Positions 1 through 9,421 of a stretch of 64,000 nucleotides of DNA are shown one piece after another. Made by a program: the position numbers and the translations under genes. The notes under the pieces were generated by a model. It saw nothing but the letters and a program-made list of their open reading frames with translations, was not told the origin of the DNA and made no database searches. Position 1 is the first letter of the stretch, and each line of letters opens with the position of its first letter. This DNA comes from Acidobacteriota bacterium (lineage in GTDB: Bacteria > Acidobacteriota > Vicinamibacteria > Vicinamibacterales > UBA8438), in contig PAUN01000021.1 of NCBI GenBank assembly GCA_002712885.1, positions 45,804-109,803 on the forward strand, in the 5' to 3' direction.

Positions 1-322
1 GAGCAACTCGCCGGTCGCGGCGTCGGCCGCAATCACCGCCCGCCTGGAACCGACCGTGGAGTACAACACGCCGCCGACCATCAACGGTGTCGACTGGAGA
101 TTGAACTCCGGCTCTGGGCCAAAGTTGTCTGTCCGCAGACTCCAGGCCAGCTCGAGGTCGCTGAAGTTGTCGGCCGTGATCTGGTCGGCGGGGGAATACC
201 GGGTACTGGCCAGATCGCCACCATAGGTCCGCCACTCGAGGTCACCGCCCGGCTGTGCCTGAGCGGGCGCGACCGCGATGACGACAACGCAGAAAAGCCA
301 ACCGATCCGCTTGCGTAACATA
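1..322 (-). CDS. PQQ-dependent (quinoprotein) dehydrogenase, N-terminal fragment; gene runs off the window start
   Basis: Minus-strand frame is open from the window edge to ATG at 322. It translates to MLRKRIGWLFCVVVIAVAPAQAQPGGDLEWRTYGGDLASTRYSPADQI...STPLMVGGVLYSTVGSRRAVIAADAATGELL. This is a signal peptide plus the W-x-YGGD/TRYSP and tPlvvgGvlY/alDaatG pattern of the first propeller blade of quinoprotein dehydrogenases. It is absent from the ORF track because it has no in-window stop. Confidence 0.6.
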
Positions 323-351
323 GATTCCCCTTTTCGCTGTCCGTGGCCGAG

Positions 352-1362
352 TCACACCGCCCGCGGGCTGCCCTTGATGCGAAGGCCCTCGTCCTGAATC
401 GTCCGGTTCAACAGACTGGCGCACGCATACACCGTACGCAGCGTCGGCACCTCGACCCCGGTAATGTCGGCGAGTTCCACCACCACGCCCAGCATGCCAT
501 CGATCTCGAGCGGCTTCCCAACCTCGACGTCCTGGAGCATCGAGGTCTTGTGCTTCCCGACACTCTCGGCGCCGGCGATTCGCCGCTCCATCGGCACGCG
601 AAAGCTGGCGCCTAGGCGCTCGGCAATCACTTGGGCCTCGGTCATCATCGTCGCCGCCAGCGCCCGTGACAGCGGGAACTGACAGATGTCGACGAGCGTC
701 GCGTGGGTCAACGCGCTGATCGGGTTGAAGGACAGATTGCCCCACAGCTTCAGCCAGATCTCGGACCGGATGTCGTCCAGCACGCGGGCCTTGAACCCAC
801 CGCCCTCGAACAGGGCGGACACCATGGCCACGCGCTTGGACGCGCTGCCGTCGAGCTCACCAACCGGAAACCGGTTACCTTCGATGTGCTTGATCACACC
901 GGGCTCGGCGATGGTCGCGGCCGGATAAGCGATACAGCCGACCACCTGATTCGGGTCGATGGCGTTGAACAGCACGCCACCCGGATCGACGGTCTCCACG
1001 ACACGGTCGGCATACGGACCGCCCAGCTTTTGGAAGTACCACCAGGGAATCCCGTTCTGTAGCGTCACGAGCACCGTCTCGGGCCCCACGATCGACGGCA
1101 GATCCTCGACGACCGCCGCAATCTGGTGCGCCTTGAGTGCCAGCAGGACCACGTCCTGCCGCCCCAGATCGGGAATCCGGTCGGTCGCGGTCAAATTGGT
1201 CGCGACCAGTTCCTGCTCCGCTTCCACCAACGTCAAGCCGTGGGACCGGATGGCGGCCAGATGCGGACCGCGGGCGATCGCCGATACGTCATGCCCGGCG
1301 TGCGCCAGCCGCACTGCCAAATACCCACCGATGGCTCCCGCCCCTACGACACAGACTTTCAT
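352..1362 (-). CDS. panE: 2-dehydropantoate 2-reductase (ketopantoate reductase, ApbA/PanE family)
   Basis: 336-aa ORF with N-terminal Rossmann motif MKVCVVGAGAIGGYLA. Length and C-terminal helical domain are typical of the ApbA/PanE family. Confidence 0.8.
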   Translation of the reverse strand: MKVCVVGAGAIGGYLAVRLAHAGHDVSAIARGPHLAAIRSHGLTLVEAEQELVATNLTATDRIPDLGRQDVVLLALKAHQIAAVVEDLPSIVGPETVLVTLQNGIPWWYFQKLGGPYADRVVETVDPGGVLFNAIDPNQVVGCIAYPAATIAEPGVIKHIEGNRFPVGELDGSASKRVAMVSALFEGGGFKARVLDDIRSEIWLKLWGNLSFNPISALTHATLVDICQFPLSRALAATMMTEAQVIAERLGASFRVPMERRIAGAESVGKHKTSMLQDVEVGKPLEIDGMLGVVVELADITGVEVPTLRTVYACASLLNRTIQDEGLRIKGSPRAV

Positions 1363-1371
1363 GGACCTCCT

Positions 1372-1400
1372 GGGCGGGTCTGAAGACCCGCGACTACGAA
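1372..1400. repeat. C-type hairpin motif GGGCGGGTC-TGAA-GACCCGC-GACTACGAA (copy C1), possible terminator between frc and panE
   Basis: Perfect 7-bp stem GCGGGTC/GACCCGC with a 4-nt loop. A near-identical motif with the same CTACGAA flank occurs at 29113-29141. Confidence 0.55.
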
Positions 1401-1409
1401 ACCGATTGG

Positions 1410-2654
1410 CTACACCGCACCGTCGGCCTTCGCGACGGCAATCGCGGCCGCATCCATCCCCAACACGCCGCCGAGAATTTCATCCGTGTGTTCGCCGAGC
1501 AGGGGCGAGCGCTGGACGTCGGCGGGTGAATCTGACAGTTTGATCGGGTTGCCGACACTCAGGTACGACCCGCGGGTCGGGTGTTCAACCTCGACGATGG
1601 TCCCGGTCTCCCGCAACGACGCTTCCTGCGACAATTCCTTCATCGAGAGCACTGGCCCACAAGGCACGTTGAGTGGATTCAAAATCGCCATGACCTCGAA
1701 TTTCTCCTTCGTCTGGGTCCACTTCTCGATCTCGTCGAACATCACGTCGATCTTCGACAACCGTGCTTTCGGAGTATTCCACTCCGGGTCGTCCAGCCAG
1801 TCCGCGTGTCCGACCGCCTTCGCGAGTCCCGCGAACGCCGCGGCCTGCGCAATGACATAGATGTAGGCGTCGGGATCGTGCTCCCATCCCTTGCACTTGA
1901 CGATCCATCCCGGCTGGCCGCCCCCGGATGCGTTGCCGGCCCGTGGTGTCGCCTCACCGAATGTCCCGTTCGGATACTGGGGATATTCGGTCAGCGGCCC
2001 GTGCGTCAGGCGCTGCTGGTCCCGCAGTTTCACGCGGCACAAATTCAGCACCCCATCCTGCATGGCACACACGACCTTCTGGCCTCGACCGCTCTTCTCG
2101 CGGTGAAACAGCGCCGTCACGATGCCAAGTGCCAGATGCAGGCCGGTCCCGCTGTCGCCGATCTGGGCGCCGGCCACTACCGGCGGTCCGTCAGGAAACC
2201 CGGTGGTGCTGGCGCCGCCACCCGTGCATTGGGCAACGTTCTCGTAGACCTTGCAGTCTTCGTACGGACCAGGTCCGAACCCTTTGATCGAGGCATAGAT
2301 AATCCGCGGATTGATCTCTTGAATTCGCTCCCAGGAAAACCCCATCCGGTCAAGAGCACCGGGAGCGAAGTTCTCCGCCAGCACATCGCACTCTTGTATC
2401 AGTCTGGTGAAGATCGCCTTGCCGCTCTCGTGCTTCGTGTTCAGAGTGATGCTGCGCTTGTTGTGATTCAGCATCGTGAAGTACAGGCTGTCGACGTCCG
2501 GGATATCCCGTAGCTGACTCCGGGTCGCGTCGCCTTTGCCCGGGCGCTCGACCTTGATGACGTCGGCGCCGAACCAGGCGAGTAACTGCGTGCAGGTTGG
2601 ACCCGACTGCACGTGGGTCATGTCGAGTATCCGTACTCCCTCAAGGGCTTTCAT
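1410..2654 (-). CDS. frc: formyl-CoA:oxalate CoA-transferase (CoA-transferase family III)
   Basis: Near-colinear similarity, recalled from memory, to E. coli/Oxalobacter Frc: [86 protein letters not shown]. Start placed at [11 protein letters not shown] (ATG 2654) rather than the track ATG at 2702. Confidence 0.9.
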   Translation of the reverse strand: MKALEGVRILDMTHVQSGPTCTQLLAWFGADVIKVERPGKGDATRSQLRDIPDVDSLYFTMLNHNKRSITLNTKHESGKAIFTRLIQECDVLAENFAPGALDRMGFSWERIQEINPRIIYASIKGFGPGPYEDCKVYENVAQCTGGGASTTGFPDGPPVVAGAQIGDSGTGLHLALGIVTALFHREKSGRGQKVVCAMQDGVLNLCRVKLRDQQRLTHGPLTEYPQYPNGTFGEATPRAGNASGGGQPGWIVKCKGWEHDPDAYIYVIAQAAAFAGLAKAVGHADWLDDPEWNTPKARLSKIDVMFDEIEKWTQTKEKFEVMAILNPLNVPCGPVLSMKELSQEASLRETGTIVEVEHPTRGSYLSVGNPIKLSDSPADVQRSPLLGEHTDEILGGVLGMDAAAIAVAKADGAV

Positions 2655-2797
2655 CGCGTTCTCCGTAGAATGGTCGTCGTCATGTGCGCAGGGCAGCCAC
2701 ACATTATCGCACCGGAGCGACGGGATACGACACTCGCCCGGGGCGGTAGAATGGGCGCGATTCGTCAGCCTGGGCTGTATCCAACAATGGAGGCTCT

Positions 2798-3790
2798 ATG
2801 ACATCCATCCGCGCAACGACCACCCTGCTCGCGGCAACGGCGATGGGCACGGCGTCGATGGCGAACGCGGGCCAGACGGGAACAGCCGAGGGCGTGCGGG
2901 TCGAGCGGCTCGTCGAGGCCCCGATCATCCGACCGAACATGGACGCGTCCATGGGCAGCAACATTGCCGGTCCGTCGCTGATCAGGGTGCCGGACTGGGT
3001 CGAGGCGCCACTGGGCCGGTACTACCTGTACTTCGCCGATCACCGCGGCACGTATATCAGATTGGCCTTCGCCGACACGCTGCGTGGGCCCTGGACCATG
3101 CACGAACCCGGAACGCTGCAGCTCGACCAGTCGCACTTTCCCACGACCTGTCCGCCGTGCGCGCCGGCCGGTTCCTACGTACACGTCGCGTCACCCGACG
3201 TGCTGGTCGACGACGCGCGCCGACAGATCGTCATGTATGTCCATGGGCGAGACGCCGGACGTCAGGTCACCCGAGCCGCCGTCTCCGACGATGGGATCCA
3301 GTTCGAGGGCCGGCCCGAGATTCTGGGTCGACCGTATTTTCGGACCTTCCGCTACGACAACTTCGTGTACGCCCTGGCGATGCCGGGTGTGCTGTATCGT
3401 TCGCGCGACGAGCTGACCGGTTTTGAAGCGGGGCCGCAGCTCTTCAACCCGAACATGCGTCATTCCGCGATTCTGCGGCGCGGCACGCGGTTGTATGTCT
3501 TCTGGACAGCACGGGGCGACGCACCGGAACGGGTCTGGGTGTCGACCATCGATATGACTGGCGACTGGATGAACTGGCAAGAATCGGCGCCCGTCGAGGT
3601 ATTGCGACCGGAGCGCCCCTGGGAAGGCGCCGACCTCCCTGTGACACCGTCGCGTGGCGGATCGATCGACGAGCCGGCCAACCAGCTGCGCGACCCGGCC
3701 ATCTTCGAGGAAGACGGTCGCATCTATCTGCTGTACTCCGGCGCCGGAGAGCGCGGCATCGGGCTGGCCGAAGTGCACCTTACCCCCTGA
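2798..3790 (+). CDS. secreted hypothetical protein, possibly a beta-propeller glycoside-hydrolase-like fold
   Basis: 330-aa ORF with signal-like N-terminus (TTTLLAATAMGTASMANA) and coding-like composition. Repeated hydrophobic strand/Asp-Gly patterns are present, but I recognise no catalytic motif. Confidence 0.5.
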   Translation: MTSIRATTTLLAATAMGTASMANAGQTGTAEGVRVERLVEAPIIRPNMDASMGSNIAGPSLIRVPDWVEAPLGRYYLYFADHRGTYIRLAFADTLRGPWTMHEPGTLQLDQSHFPTTCPPCAPAGSYVHVASPDVLVDDARRQIVMYVHGRDAGRQVTRAAVSDDGIQFEGRPEILGRPYFRTFRYDNFVYALAMPGVLYRSRDELTGFEAGPQLFNPNMRHSAILRRGTRLYVFWTARGDAPERVWVSTIDMTGDWMNWQESAPVEVLRPERPWEGADLPVTPSRGGSIDEPANQLRDPAIFEEDGRIYLLYSGAGERGIGLAEVHLTP

Positions 3791-3921
3791 CCGCGGCCCG
3801 AGTCGCCACCCCTCCCATTTACTCACTCGACCGGCAGCCGAATCGACCAGACGGTGCCCCCGTCCGGTGCGGACCCAGCCGACGTCATTGCAGCACCAGT
3901 GCCCCTCGGAACAACTTGACG

Positions 3922-5214
3922 TCAGCCAGAGGAGGCGGCCACACGTTCGACCTCGCGTAGCACCCGAAGAAGATTGCCTCCCCAGATCTTGGCGACCTCC
4001 TCATCGGTGTAGCCGCGACGGAGGAGCTCGACCGTCACGTTGACGGTCTCGCTCGCGTCATTCCACCCGCTAATGCCACCACCGCCATCGAAATCGGAAC
4101 TGATGCCGACGTGGTCGATCCCGATCAACTGCACGACGTAGTCGATGTGATCGACAAACGTCGCGACATCAGCCGGCGGCCACTCCCGATCGATGTTCGC
4201 CATCCGACGGTCGTACTCAGCTCGTCGCGGCGCCGGAAGGTCCGCCTGACCGCTCCCACCTCGTGGCGACAGCCTGACATCGGTCCGGAGACGCCGGACC
4301 GCGTCGGCCCGAGCCGCGGCCGTGCTGCTGATGAAACTGCCGAGCGCCACCGTCTGCATGACCCCGCCGTTGTCGCGCAGCGCGAGGAGTTGCTCGTCGT
4401 CCAGATTCCGCGGATGATCGACCAGCGCGCGAGTGCTGGAATGAGAAGCGATGACGGGCGCCTGGGACAACCGGACCGCATCGAGCATCGCCGCCTTCGA
4501 CACATGCGACACGTCGACCATGATTCCCAGCCGATTCAGTTCGGCGATCACCTCTTCGCCGAACGGGCTGACGCCGTCATGCTCGGTTGGGGCGTCCCCC
4601 AGATCTTCACGCGGCCCCGCCGAGTCGGCGATATCGTTGTGTCCGTTGTGGGCGAGCCCGAGATAGCGCGCGCCCAGTCGAAAGTAGGTCTCGAGCAGCG
4701 ACAGATCGGTGCCGATGACATACCCGTTCTCGATGCCGATGGCCGCCACGAGCTTCCCGTCAGCCGCGATCCGTTCGAAGTCGTCCGCCGTGTAGGCGAT
4801 TTCGATCCGGTCCGGGTACAGCGTGTCGGCCATCTGGTGAATCGCCCGGAACTTGGTCATCGCGTCGGCCTGAGCCCGCGCGTAGTTCTCTGGCGTTCGC
4901 TCGGTCTGCCCCACGTATACGATGAAAAATCCGGCGTCGAGCCCACCCTCCTCCATCTTGGGTAGATCCACCTGGCGGTCACCGCGCACGCCGGGATCGA
5001 CCTCGGACGTGGCGAAATCGAGCGGAATATCGTCGTGCGTATCGATGGTCAACACCCGGGCGTGCAGGTCGCGGGCGCGCTCAAACAGGGCGGCCTCGAC
5101 CGCCGCCTCGGATGCCGGCGCGGGCGTGGGTACCGCCCCGCCACATCCCGCGACCAGAACCCCGATACATCCATAGGCGACCGCGCCCAGCCCCGTCACT
5201 TTCCCGTGTCTCAT
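3922..5214 (-). CDS. membrane dipeptidase, peptidase family M19 (renal-dipeptidase-like), lipoprotein
   Basis: Lipobox LVAGCGG. M19 motifs are present: IDTHDDIP, LGLAHNGHNDIADS, VDVSHVS, IASHSS, IGIDHVGISSDFDGGGG. Confidence 0.85.
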   Translation of the reverse strand: MRHGKVTGLGAVAYGCIGVLVAGCGGAVPTPAPASEAAVEAALFERARDLHARVLTIDTHDDIPLDFATSEVDPGVRGDRQVDLPKMEEGGLDAGFFIVYVGQTERTPENYARAQADAMTKFRAIHQMADTLYPDRIEIAYTADDFERIAADGKLVAAIGIENGYVIGTDLSLLETYFRLGARYLGLAHNGHNDIADSAGPREDLGDAPTEHDGVSPFGEEVIAELNRLGIMVDVSHVSKAAMLDAVRLSQAPVIASHSSTRALVDHPRNLDDEQLLALRDNGGVMQTVALGSFISSTAAARADAVRRLRTDVRLSPRGGSGQADLPAPRRAEYDRRMANIDREWPPADVATFVDHIDYVVQLIGIDHVGISSDFDGGGGISGWNDASETVNVTVELLRRGYTDEEVAKIWGGNLLRVLREVERVAASSG

Positions 5215-5319
5215 CCCCGTCTCCCTTGGCGTCTCTATTCTAGTGGTGTGTCTCCGGAACAGTTAGACCACGGACCGGAACGCCGCGCGGCGTATACTGG
5301 CGCGGCGATTCGCCCGGCC

Positions 5320-6471
5320 ATGCTTGCTTGCCAGAAATTCCATTTCATGTTGCCCGAGGGGTTGCACTATCTGAACTGTGCCTTCATGGCGCCGCTCGCG
5401 CGGGCGGTGCGGGCGGCGGGCGTTGTCGGTATCGACCGCCGTGCAACGCCGCACCTGATCCGCCCCCGCGACTTCTTCGAGAAGAGCGACCTGGTCCGGT
5501 GCCTCTTCTCCCGGATCGTCAACGCCCCGGATCCGAACCGCATCGCGATTCTGCCGTCCGTGTCGTATGGCCTGGCCACGGTCGCGCGAAATGTGCACGC
5601 GACATCGGGCGACAACATCGTGGTGCTTGAGGAGCAGTTTCCCAGCAACGTCTACACGTGGCGGCGACTGTGCGCGGACCGAGGTCTCATCCTGCGAACA
5701 GTCCCGCCGCCGCCTCACCAGGACGGCGATCGGGCGGTGGAGTGGAACGCGCGCGTGCTGACCGCCATCAACCGCAGGACCGCTGTCGTAGCGCTCCCAG
5801 AGCTTCACTGGACCGACGGCACGCGGTTCGACCTGGAACGGATCGGACAGCGGGCGCGTGAGTGTCGCGCGCTCTTCGTGGTCGACGGTACGCAGTCGGT
5901 GGGAGCGTTGCCATTCGACATCCAGCGAATTCGACCGGACGCGCTGGTCTGCGCCGGTTACAAGTGGTTGCTCGGTCCCTACTCTGTCGGCTTGGCGTAC
6001 TACGGGCGGGCGTTCGACGACGGCACCCCGTTGGAGGAGGGCTGGATCACCCGACGCGACAGCGAGGCGTTCGCAGACCTGGTTCGGTACCGAGACGACT
6101 ACCAGGGAGCGGCCGTCCGCTATGACGTCGGTGAGCGCTCAAACTTTACGCTGTTGCCGATGCTGGCGTCGGCGCTCGAGTTGGTACTCAAGTGGACGGT
6201 ACCGGCGATTCAGGAGTATTGCCGCAGTCTGACAAGTGAGGTCACCCAGACCTTGCGGGAACGTGGGTATTGGGTTGAAGACGACAACTGGCGCGGCGCG
6301 CACCTGTTCGGCGTACGCCCGGACCAGGCCGGGAACCCGGCCGTCCTTGCCGAACGGCTGCACGCGCGTCACGTCTCGGTCTCGCTGCGGGGAGACGCGA
6401 TTCGGGTTTCCCCCAATCTCTACAACGACGCCGGGGACGTGGAAGCGTTACTTGACGTCCTGGCGGACTAA
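5320..6471 (+). CDS. class V aminotransferase-fold PLP-dependent enzyme (cysteine desulfurase / isopenicillin-N-epimerase-like)
   Basis: N-terminal YLNCAFMAPL and VDGTQSVGALPFD...CAGYKWLLGPYSVG (PLP-Lys region) are typical of the family. The track ORF start at 5035 overlaps the divergent M19 gene, so start moved to ATG 5320 (GTG 5248 also possible). Confidence 0.75.
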   Translation: MLACQKFHFMLPEGLHYLNCAFMAPLARAVRAAGVVGIDRRATPHLIRPRDFFEKSDLVRCLFSRIVNAPDPNRIAILPSVSYGLATVARNVHATSGDNIVVLEEQFPSNVYTWRRLCADRGLILRTVPPPPHQDGDRAVEWNARVLTAINRRTAVVALPELHWTDGTRFDLERIGQRARECRALFVVDGTQSVGALPFDIQRIRPDALVCAGYKWLLGPYSVGLAYYGRAFDDGTPLEEGWITRRDSEAFADLVRYRDDYQGAAVRYDVGERSNFTLLPMLASALELVLKWTVPAIQEYCRSLTSEVTQTLRERGYWVEDDNWRGAHLFGVRPDQAGNPAVLAERLHARHVSVSLRGDAIRVSPNLYNDAGDVEALLDVLAD

Positions 6472-6486
6472 GGACACTGGCCAGGA

Positions 6487-6577
6487 GGTTTTCGGGCGAA
6501 GCGTTTGTCTGACAAGGCGCGAGGAGATAGCAGCCAGGCGGGCTGTGACCGACAAGCTTCGCCGCCAGACCCACACC
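6487..6577 (-). repeat. A-type palindromic intergenic repeat, degenerate copy A1 (tandem with A2)
   Basis: GGTTTTCGGGCGAAGCGTTTGTCTGACAAGGCGCGAGGAG..CAGCCAGGCGGGCTGTGACCGAC.. aligns to A2/A4, but the distal arm has decayed. Confidence 0.7.
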
Positions 6578-6589
6578 ACTCGCAGAACC

Positions 6590-6694
6590 GGTTTCCTGGC
6601 GAGGCGTTCGTCTGGCAAGGCGCGACGAGGGAGCATGCAGGCGGCATGTGACCGAGGAAGCAACGCCGCCAGACAGACGCCTCACCAGGAAACC
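6590..6694 (-). repeat. A-type ~105-bp palindromic intergenic repeat, full copy A2
   Basis: GGTTTCCTGGCGAGGCGTTCGTCTGGC...GCCAGACAGACGCCTCACCAGGAAACC form terminal inverted arms of about 27 bp, with inner hairpin CATGC-AGGCG-GCATG. The last base is shared with the TAG stop of the 6694-7581 gene. Confidence 0.85.
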
Positions 6695-7581
6695 TAGCGC
6701 CAGGGACGCTCGACGACGCGGTCCAGCGGCCGGCGCTCGAGCCGGAACGCACGACGCTCGCGCAGGTCGAACCGGTCGCCGGCTCCGAGGAAATAGAATC
6801 GTCCGCCGGAATCGAGCTGATGCGCGTGGTCGTAGATCGCCACATAACTGCGTCCGATCACCTCGAATTCATCGCCGCGCACCACGATCGCCGTGTTTTC
6901 GTCGAGGCCGATCCCCAGCAGTTCGGGGTGCGCTTCGATCACACTGAGCAGGTCGAACTGCCGATTCCGCCGAAGCAGATGCTGATCGATGGCTGTGTCT
7001 CGCAGGAACCCAAACCCCACCACGTGGTCGCCCATCATGATGGTGTTGGTGGCCGAGTCGCCGCGCGCGAGATATGAACCCAGAATGGTCGCCCCGGCCG
7101 ATGATCCACCAACCACGCCTCCGCGACGCAGGACATCGCGGAGCGCCTCGTGCACCTCGGTGTCGAGATACGCGTCGGCCAGACGCCACTGCCGCCCGCC
7201 AGGAAACCAGACCCCACGCGCACGACGCAGCGGGGACACGAAGGCTTCGCTGTCGGCCACGTCGCGGTCGGTCGTGTGCAACACGACAAGGTCCGTGGCA
7301 CCCGCGTCGCGAAACGCCTGCAACCCCGGGTACGACTGATCGTAGGTCTCGGCACCGCCCGCGGTCGGTATCACGACAATCGGTGAGTCGGGTCCACCGG
7401 CCAGCCGCACAAACCGTTCGAGAATGGCGGGGTCGCGCATCGCGCCCCCGACGACCACCAGGGCCCCGCGGGGCGGACCGACGACCGGACCGCCAGTCTG
7501 CGTGCTCACGCTGGCGGTCACCGACAGGCACACGCCCAGAACGGCCACCATCCACACACTGCTGTGCGCAATCTTGCTCAC
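6694..7581 (-). CDS. cyanophycinase-like serine peptidase (family S51), secreted
   Basis: VWFPGGRQWRL (GGdQ-like) and GGVVGGSSAGATILG (nucleophile Ser motif) match cyanophycinase/S51. Start placed at GTG 7581, with GGGAG Shine-Dalgarno 7 nt upstream, giving signal peptide VSKIAHSSVWMVAVLGVCLSVTASV. Confidence 0.75.
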   Translation of the reverse strand: MSKIAHSSVWMVAVLGVCLSVTASVSTQTGGPVVGPPRGALVVVGGAMRDPAILERFVRLAGGPDSPIVVIPTAGGAETYDQSYPGLQAFRDAGATDLVVLHTTDRDVADSEAFVSPLRRARGVWFPGGRQWRLADAYLDTEVHEALRDVLRRGGVVGGSSAGATILGSYLARGDSATNTIMMGDHVVGFGFLRDTAIDQHLLRRNRQFDLLSVIEAHPELLGIGLDENTAIVVRGDEFEVIGRSYVAIYDHAHQLDSGGRFYFLGAGDRFDLRERRAFRLERRPLDRVVERPWR

Positions 7582-7697
7582 TTTTCGCTCCCTTTTCGTA
7601 GGACGAATTGTACATCCCACACCCGGACGCGGGCTGGCCATCCAAATCCGCTACAATTGAGCAGCCCCTACCCCAGCGCCAAAACTGGGACTACCTT

Positions 7698-9389
7698 ATG
7701 CACGCGTTGAATCGACCCGTCTTCGGTGCCGTTGCGCTCGCGCTCTTGACCCTCCCAGCGTCGGCGACAGCCCAACTCCAGCCCCCCAATGGGGTGGTCA
7801 CGCTGGCGGTCGGTACCGATGCAACCATCGCCGCGCTGCGTGAGTCTGACACGCTGGTGAATCAGTTGACACGCGATGGGTCGCTTCGGCTCACCGCGCA
7901 GACTGATGACCCGCTGGTACCGGACCGCTCGCACGAGCGGCTGCAGCAGTTTCACGAAGGGGTCCCGGTCTACGGGGCGGAAGTGACGCGCCAAACGGCA
8001 CGTGGGCTGCCCGTTTCCCTGTTCGGCACCGTGCACCTCACGATCATTTTGGAGACCACCCCGGAGCTCTCGGCCGACGACGCCGCCGCGGTGGTTCGAG
8101 AGCTGAGCGGCCGGACGCTGTTCCGTTCCGAGCCTCCACAGTTGGTGGTCCTCCCCGACAGAACCAACACGGACACCTACCGGCTGGTCTACGAGGCGCG
8201 GACGTTCACCGGCTCGCAACTCATGGTCTATTTCATCGACGCGGCGACGGGCGCCCTGGTCTGGTCGTACAACGATCTCAAGACACAGCAGCCGGACCTG
8301 CCGTGCGCGCAGTGCGTCATCGGCGAGGGACTCGGGATCAAGAGCGATCGCAAGAAAATGAGCGTCACGGCCGTGGGCGGAGCGTTCCTCGCGCACGATC
8401 AGCTTCGCCCGGCGGAGGTGTTCACGTTCGACATGGACGGCGATCTGCCCCACACCCAACTGGTGCTCAACGGACTCGAGCAACTGTTCGACGCGGACCT
8501 GTCGACCGATACCGACAACCGATGGCTCGACGGCGCGAGCGTCGACGCGCACGTCGGCATGGGGTGGACATACGACTACCTGTCCATACGGTTCGGCCGT
8601 CAGGGCCTGAACAATCAGAACGTCCGCATGCTCAGCCTGGTCCACCCTGTGAACCGGGAGGATCTCTTCTCGGCGACCGCCGAAGAGATCGGACTGTTCT
8701 ACCTCAACGCGTTCTACTGCGGGCTCTGCGGTCCCGATGGGTTTGGCGTCGCGGTCTTCGGCGAAGGGCTGCCTCCCAACATCCTGCTTGGAGGCCAGCG
8801 ATTCAACTTCTTCTCCGGCGCGCTGGATATCGTGGCCCACGAACTAGGCCACGCGGTCACGGATTTCACCTCCGCGCTGCTCTACATGGACGAGTCGGGC
8901 GCGCTGAACGAAGCGTTCTCAGATGTCATCGGAGTCGGCGTGGAGTTCTACGCGGAGTCGTTGTTCCGTGACGGGGCCGGCGTCGCCGACTATGCGCTTG
9001 GCGAGGACGTCATCGAGCCGGGTGGCATCCGCTCGCTCTCCAACCCCATGCAGTTCGGCGACCCAGACCATTACAGCCTACGGTTCCTCGGCAAGGACGA
9101 CAACGGCGGGGTGCATACGAATTCGCTGATCCCGGGGCACGCCTTCTATCTCGCGATCGAGGGCGGGACGAATAGAGTGTCCGGGCTGAGCGTCGCCGGT
9201 GTTGGCGGCGACAACCGGGAACAGATCGAACAGATCTTCTTTCGCGCGTTCACCGTACTGATGACCCGGAACTCCGACTTTTCGGCCGCCCGTGCCGCCA
9301 CTATCCAGTCAGCGCGCGACCTCTACGGCGTCAATAGCGCGCCGGAGCGCGCCGTCACCGAGGCCTGGACCGCCGTCGGGGTGAACTGA
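7698..9389 (+). CDS. thermolysin-like zinc metalloprotease (family M4) with propeptide
   Basis: VAHELGHAVTD (HExxH), GALNEAFSDV (third Zn ligand Glu) and GGVHTNSLIPGHAFY are present. Signal peptide follows ATG 7698 (MHALNRPVFGAVALALLTLPASATAQ). Confidence 0.85.
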   Translation: MHALNRPVFGAVALALLTLPASATAQLQPPNGVVTLAVGTDATIAALRESDTLVNQLTRDGSLRLTAQTDDPLVPDRSHERLQQFHEGVPVYGAEVTRQTARGLPVSLFGTVHLTIILETTPELSADDAAAVVRELSGRTLFRSEPPQLVVLPDRTNTDTYRLVYEARTFTGSQLMVYFIDAATGALVWSYNDLKTQQPDLPCAQCVIGEGLGIKSDRKKMSVTAVGGAFLAHDQLRPAEVFTFDMDGDLPHTQLVLNGLEQLFDADLSTDTDNRWLDGASVDAHVGMGWTYDYLSIRFGRQGLNNQNVRMLSLVHPVNREDLFSATAEEIGLFYLNAFYCGLCGPDGFGVAVFGEGLPPNILLGGQRFNFFSGALDIVAHELGHAVTDFTSALLYMDESGALNEAFSDVIGVGVEFYAESLFRDGAGVADYALGEDVIEPGGIRSLSNPMQFGDPDHYSLRFLGKDDNGGVHTNSLIPGHAFYLAIEGGTNRVSGLSVAGVGGDNREQIEQIFFRAFTVLMTRNSDFSAARAATIQSARDLYGVNSAPERAVTEAWTAVGVN

Positions 9390-9421
9390 AGAATCGGATC
9401 CCAATCGAAGGAGCAAGACAG

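Noticed and set aside
6487-6694. Possible CRISPR-like array (two adjacent similar repeats)
   Set aside because: There are only two units, each a long palindrome of about 105 bp. There are no unique spacers of regular size, copies are dispersed elsewhere, and no cas genes are present.
7668-8840. 390-aa ORF on the minus strand
   Set aside because: It is antisense to the M4 protease gene.
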